DNA of 64,000 bases from Macrostomum lignano (Eukaryota), in the NCBI GenBank assembly GCA_002269645.1, contig NIVC01002818.1, positions 44,229 to 108,228 on the forward strand, given 5' to 3'. Below the pieces are notes generated by a model. The model saw only the letters and a program-made list of their open reading frames with translations, was not told the DNA's origin and did not search any database. This document shows, in pieces, positions 60,937-64,000 of this stretch. The position numbers were made by a program, and so were the translations under genes. Position 1 is the first letter of the stretch; the number at the start of each line of letters is the position of its first letter.

Positions 60937-62296
60937 ATGATAGTTAGTGTAATATCGCTACTGTTCTTGTGCTACCCAGCTGTAGCATGCGAGCAATGCT
61001 CTGCCGTGTATGAGCTTCTGACCAACACCTGTCCGATGAGTGCTCTGTCTGGCCTGAAGCCCGCGACCGCTGCCGTCGAGTTTGAGTGCATGCGGAACTG
61101 CACTCTGAATAGCTGGTGCCGACTGTCTGTGTACCTGACAGACAGTGGTGCCTGCTACAGCCTGCCCAACGTGACTTTAGTGACTGGCAGCTGCGGCCTG
61201 GTGCGAAGGAAACTGGCCATCGTTACCGGTAAGCTTTTAGCATAGCTGTTGGTGCGGTCAGATTTGTCTCGCTTGCACAGGTCACAGATGTGAACTATCA
61301 TCATTTCACAGGCACATTAACGTCTGCAACTGCCTCAACAATCGGATCAACTGGTTCCACGACCAGCCCGACCAGCGCAACTGGGACTCAATCTCCAGTC
61401 ACTGTAGCATCGACCACAATGATACAGAGTGTCACCACGGCTGCCATTTCGTCCGGATTGTCGAACCTGAGCTTCGCGTCAAGCGTACTGCTTTGGTACA
61501 ATTTTCGAAAGGGCTTCATGAACCTGGCGAACCGTGGCCATTTTGATGCCTCCCCTGTCGGTGTTGCCGATCAGGATGCACTCAAAGGAGTTCACCTTAA
61601 CGGCTCGTCTGGCTCTTATCTCGAGGTTCATTCCACCAACTTTTTCAAGAACTTTAAATCAGGGAAAAGCTTCAGCTTCTTTTTTCAAGGGACTTTCGCT
61701 GGCAACGCGTCGTGAGTTTTCAGCAGATTCAATTTTAAAATATTCAGGATTTTTAACGCGTTATTAATCATTATTAACCACACAGCGGTTGCATACATTG
61801 CAGGCTTCGATGCATCAGTTCGTTCAGCAGCTGCTCGTACAACACCACCGTCAGCCACTTCAGCACTGACATCGCTGCCAGGATTTACTCCAAGACCTAC
61901 TTTTCCGACGGCTCCGATGAATTCACGTATGTGCTTGCAAAAGCAGCTCTTCCGAACAACGGTACTCAGCAAAGCTACTCTGCTGGGCTGGCCTTGATTG
62001 GTGGGGACAAGAAGTACCTGGATAAATGGTACATTAACGGAAGTTTCTACGACACGGAATCACCAAACAATGTCGGCGGCAGCCCGGCCGCCAACCAAAC
62101 CTTTGACTGTCTGCGCATCGGCAACTGCTTCAGCGCCGGCCCTCGGCCCTACAACGGCTGGCTGCAGTGCTGGGGGTTCGTCAACGGCACTCTCAGTCTT
62201 CCCGAGTTTGACAGCCTTCGTCACTTGTGCAACTCTTTAGACTTCGCGTTCTGGATCTACAGCGTAGTCAGAATGACCAAAACTTTGAAAGAATAG
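60937..62296 (+). CDS. Secreted PAN + S/T linker + LamG/ConA-like protein, paralogue B2 (400 aa, C-terminally extended)
   Basis: Exons 60937-61228, 61312-61711 and 61786-62296. An extra T (AACTCTTTAG versus AACTCTTAG) removes the shared stop and adds LDFAFWIYSVVRMTKTLKE. Confidence 0.82.
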
Positions 62297-63556
62297 CCAG
62301 AACGTGTATCCCTAGTAAAGCACAGAATTGTCAACAGGCGTCAAAAACGTCTTGAAAATGTAAATCAATGAGTGGATCCAACTAACTAAGAGATAATAAC
62401 TTGGCATTTGCTAGGATACGAGCTAAAAACTCACGAAAGTGCAGAGTAACATGTGATGTGGCAAGTTTTGATGCCGATTACGCTGTTTGTATCTCTTACA
62501 ACTGCCTAGCTGTTTATCCTAGCATTGTCATTTTCTATTTTTTTATTTTCTTTTTATCTGCGCTCGTATCTGCAGTTTTCATTGTTTGCTGAGAATTAAA
62601 GAAAGCTTGAAAAAAGTTTGTCCCTCCCCAATATCGATTTCAAAGACTGTTTGCTGCAGTAATTACGGTACAGGCCTTTGTTTTCCTTTGCGTATGTCAG
62701 TCCGGCTCTACTCTGCTTGTTTGCTTCTGCTTCTGTTCATCCTTAAGGATACTGACGGGGCTCTAATGTCTGTCGATGGGTCCTGGAAAAACTTTCCCCA
62801 GTCAAAGTATCAGAAGTCCGTTAAACACACCAGAAACTAGGGTTTTTGGATATTGAATCCGACATTCACAAAACCGAAGCAGCTATGAGAGCTGTTTCAG
62901 CTGATCAAAGACTGCTTGAGCAAAGTTTGTTTTCAAACTGTCTTTAGTAGTTGATTTGGTACTATTCGATGTTATACCAGCGACCAGGTCAGCTGATGAG
63001 TCATCCAACCCGACTTGTTCATTTATTAATAACACCAGTCTATATTTTCAAAACTTCGCATTCTGTCCTTTTGTTATATTTCTATTCCGCAATCGTTTTG
63101 ATTTTCCACCTGTTTTTACGCGCAGCGCGATACTAAAATGCGACACATGTCAACTTTATATTCTGTCATTGGATAATTTTTTGTCGCGAGCCCAGAATTT
63201 TATCTGATCCTGATTTACAGACTTCTAAGCAGGACCTTGATGACATTTTTACTAAGCTTAAACGTTTTCCTCCTTACAAACCATTTATTCTATTAGCTTC
63301 AAATCTGCTTACTTTTCTCAATTTCTTTACGATACGTCCAATGATGAAGTTTTTGACCCACTTGGCTCGTATTTTGTCTCTCTCTCACTGAGTAGCAAAA
63401 TCTTCTCATTTTTTATCGATCTATCTCGTACGCGAAATTAACCAAAATATCTGTTGCTAAGAGTAGCGAACTCCTTATATGGATATAAAAATGCGTAATT
63501 ACCGGTCTTTTTGCGTTCATATCTTTAGCGAACTACGAGTATCCTTTTAAATCTTT

Positions 63557-64000
63557 GTAAACCTAGTTCTGTAGCCCAGTCAATTCTGTCGGCTTCTTGA
63601 AGTCAAATTTGTAAAAACTAGATAGATACTATATTCTAAAAACTTCTGTCTTCAATTTTTTTATACGTGACTTCAAAGTGTAGAACAAGGTTGCTGCAAC
63701 TCGGACTGCTACTCAATAGAGCCTACGAGCGAAATGTTACTTCACGAGTTTCCTATACGGATGGGGAACTACGCTTGTACTGACCAATCGGCTAAAGAAT
63801 CTATCCCGTTGGGTTTTTATTTCAATTCGAGGCAAGATTACGGGCGCGCTCTCTGCACTACTTCCCAACGAGCATGAGATGGAGAGTGCGAGAGTGCGAG
63901 AGGGAGAGTGCGAGATGGATATATCACAGACTATCAGAACAGCAATGCCAAGGACAACTTAAGGTGAATATGAATAGAGCTATAAGAAAGGCGCAACATA
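63557..64000 (+). repeat. Third copy of the A-type spacer
   Basis: From GTAAACCTAGTTCTGTAG onward it appears identical to 24635-25078 and 52915-53358. Confidence 0.93.

Larger units (their letters stand above)
50746..61820 (+). repeat. Segmental duplication, copy 2
   Basis: Near-identical to ~22471-33800. Confidence 0.95.

Overview
This is eukaryotic (metazoan) genomic DNA: GT-AG introns, GC-rich exons, minisatellite-filled introns, no CRISPR and no intact RNA genes. The style suggests a free-living flatworm such as Macrostomum, but that is inference only. 1-8.4 kb holds three closely spaced minus-strand genes: PP1 inhibitor-2 (PPP1R2), an intronless-CDS NDUFB9 and an uncharacterised C2H2 zinc-finger gene. 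Each has a 3' splice acceptor just upstream of its ATG, an operon/trans-splicing-like layout. 8.5-21.7 kb is a transposon graveyard: three decayed copies of the 28S rRNA R2-insertion-site segment, a foldback element, a mariner, a TRIM-like mini LTR element and an ISL2EU/Harbinger-like transposase fossil. 22-64 kb is a tandem array of four intact 3-exon paralogues (A1, B1, A2, B2) encoding secreted signal peptide + PAN/apple + Ser/Thr linker + LamG/ConA-like proteins. The paralogues are recombinational mosaics with a charge-switched variable window, and each is followed by a fossil Gypsy pol. An ~11 kb block is duplicated. Between B1 and A2 a very young BEL/Pao retrotransposon sits in a MITE that itself splits a piggyBac remnant.
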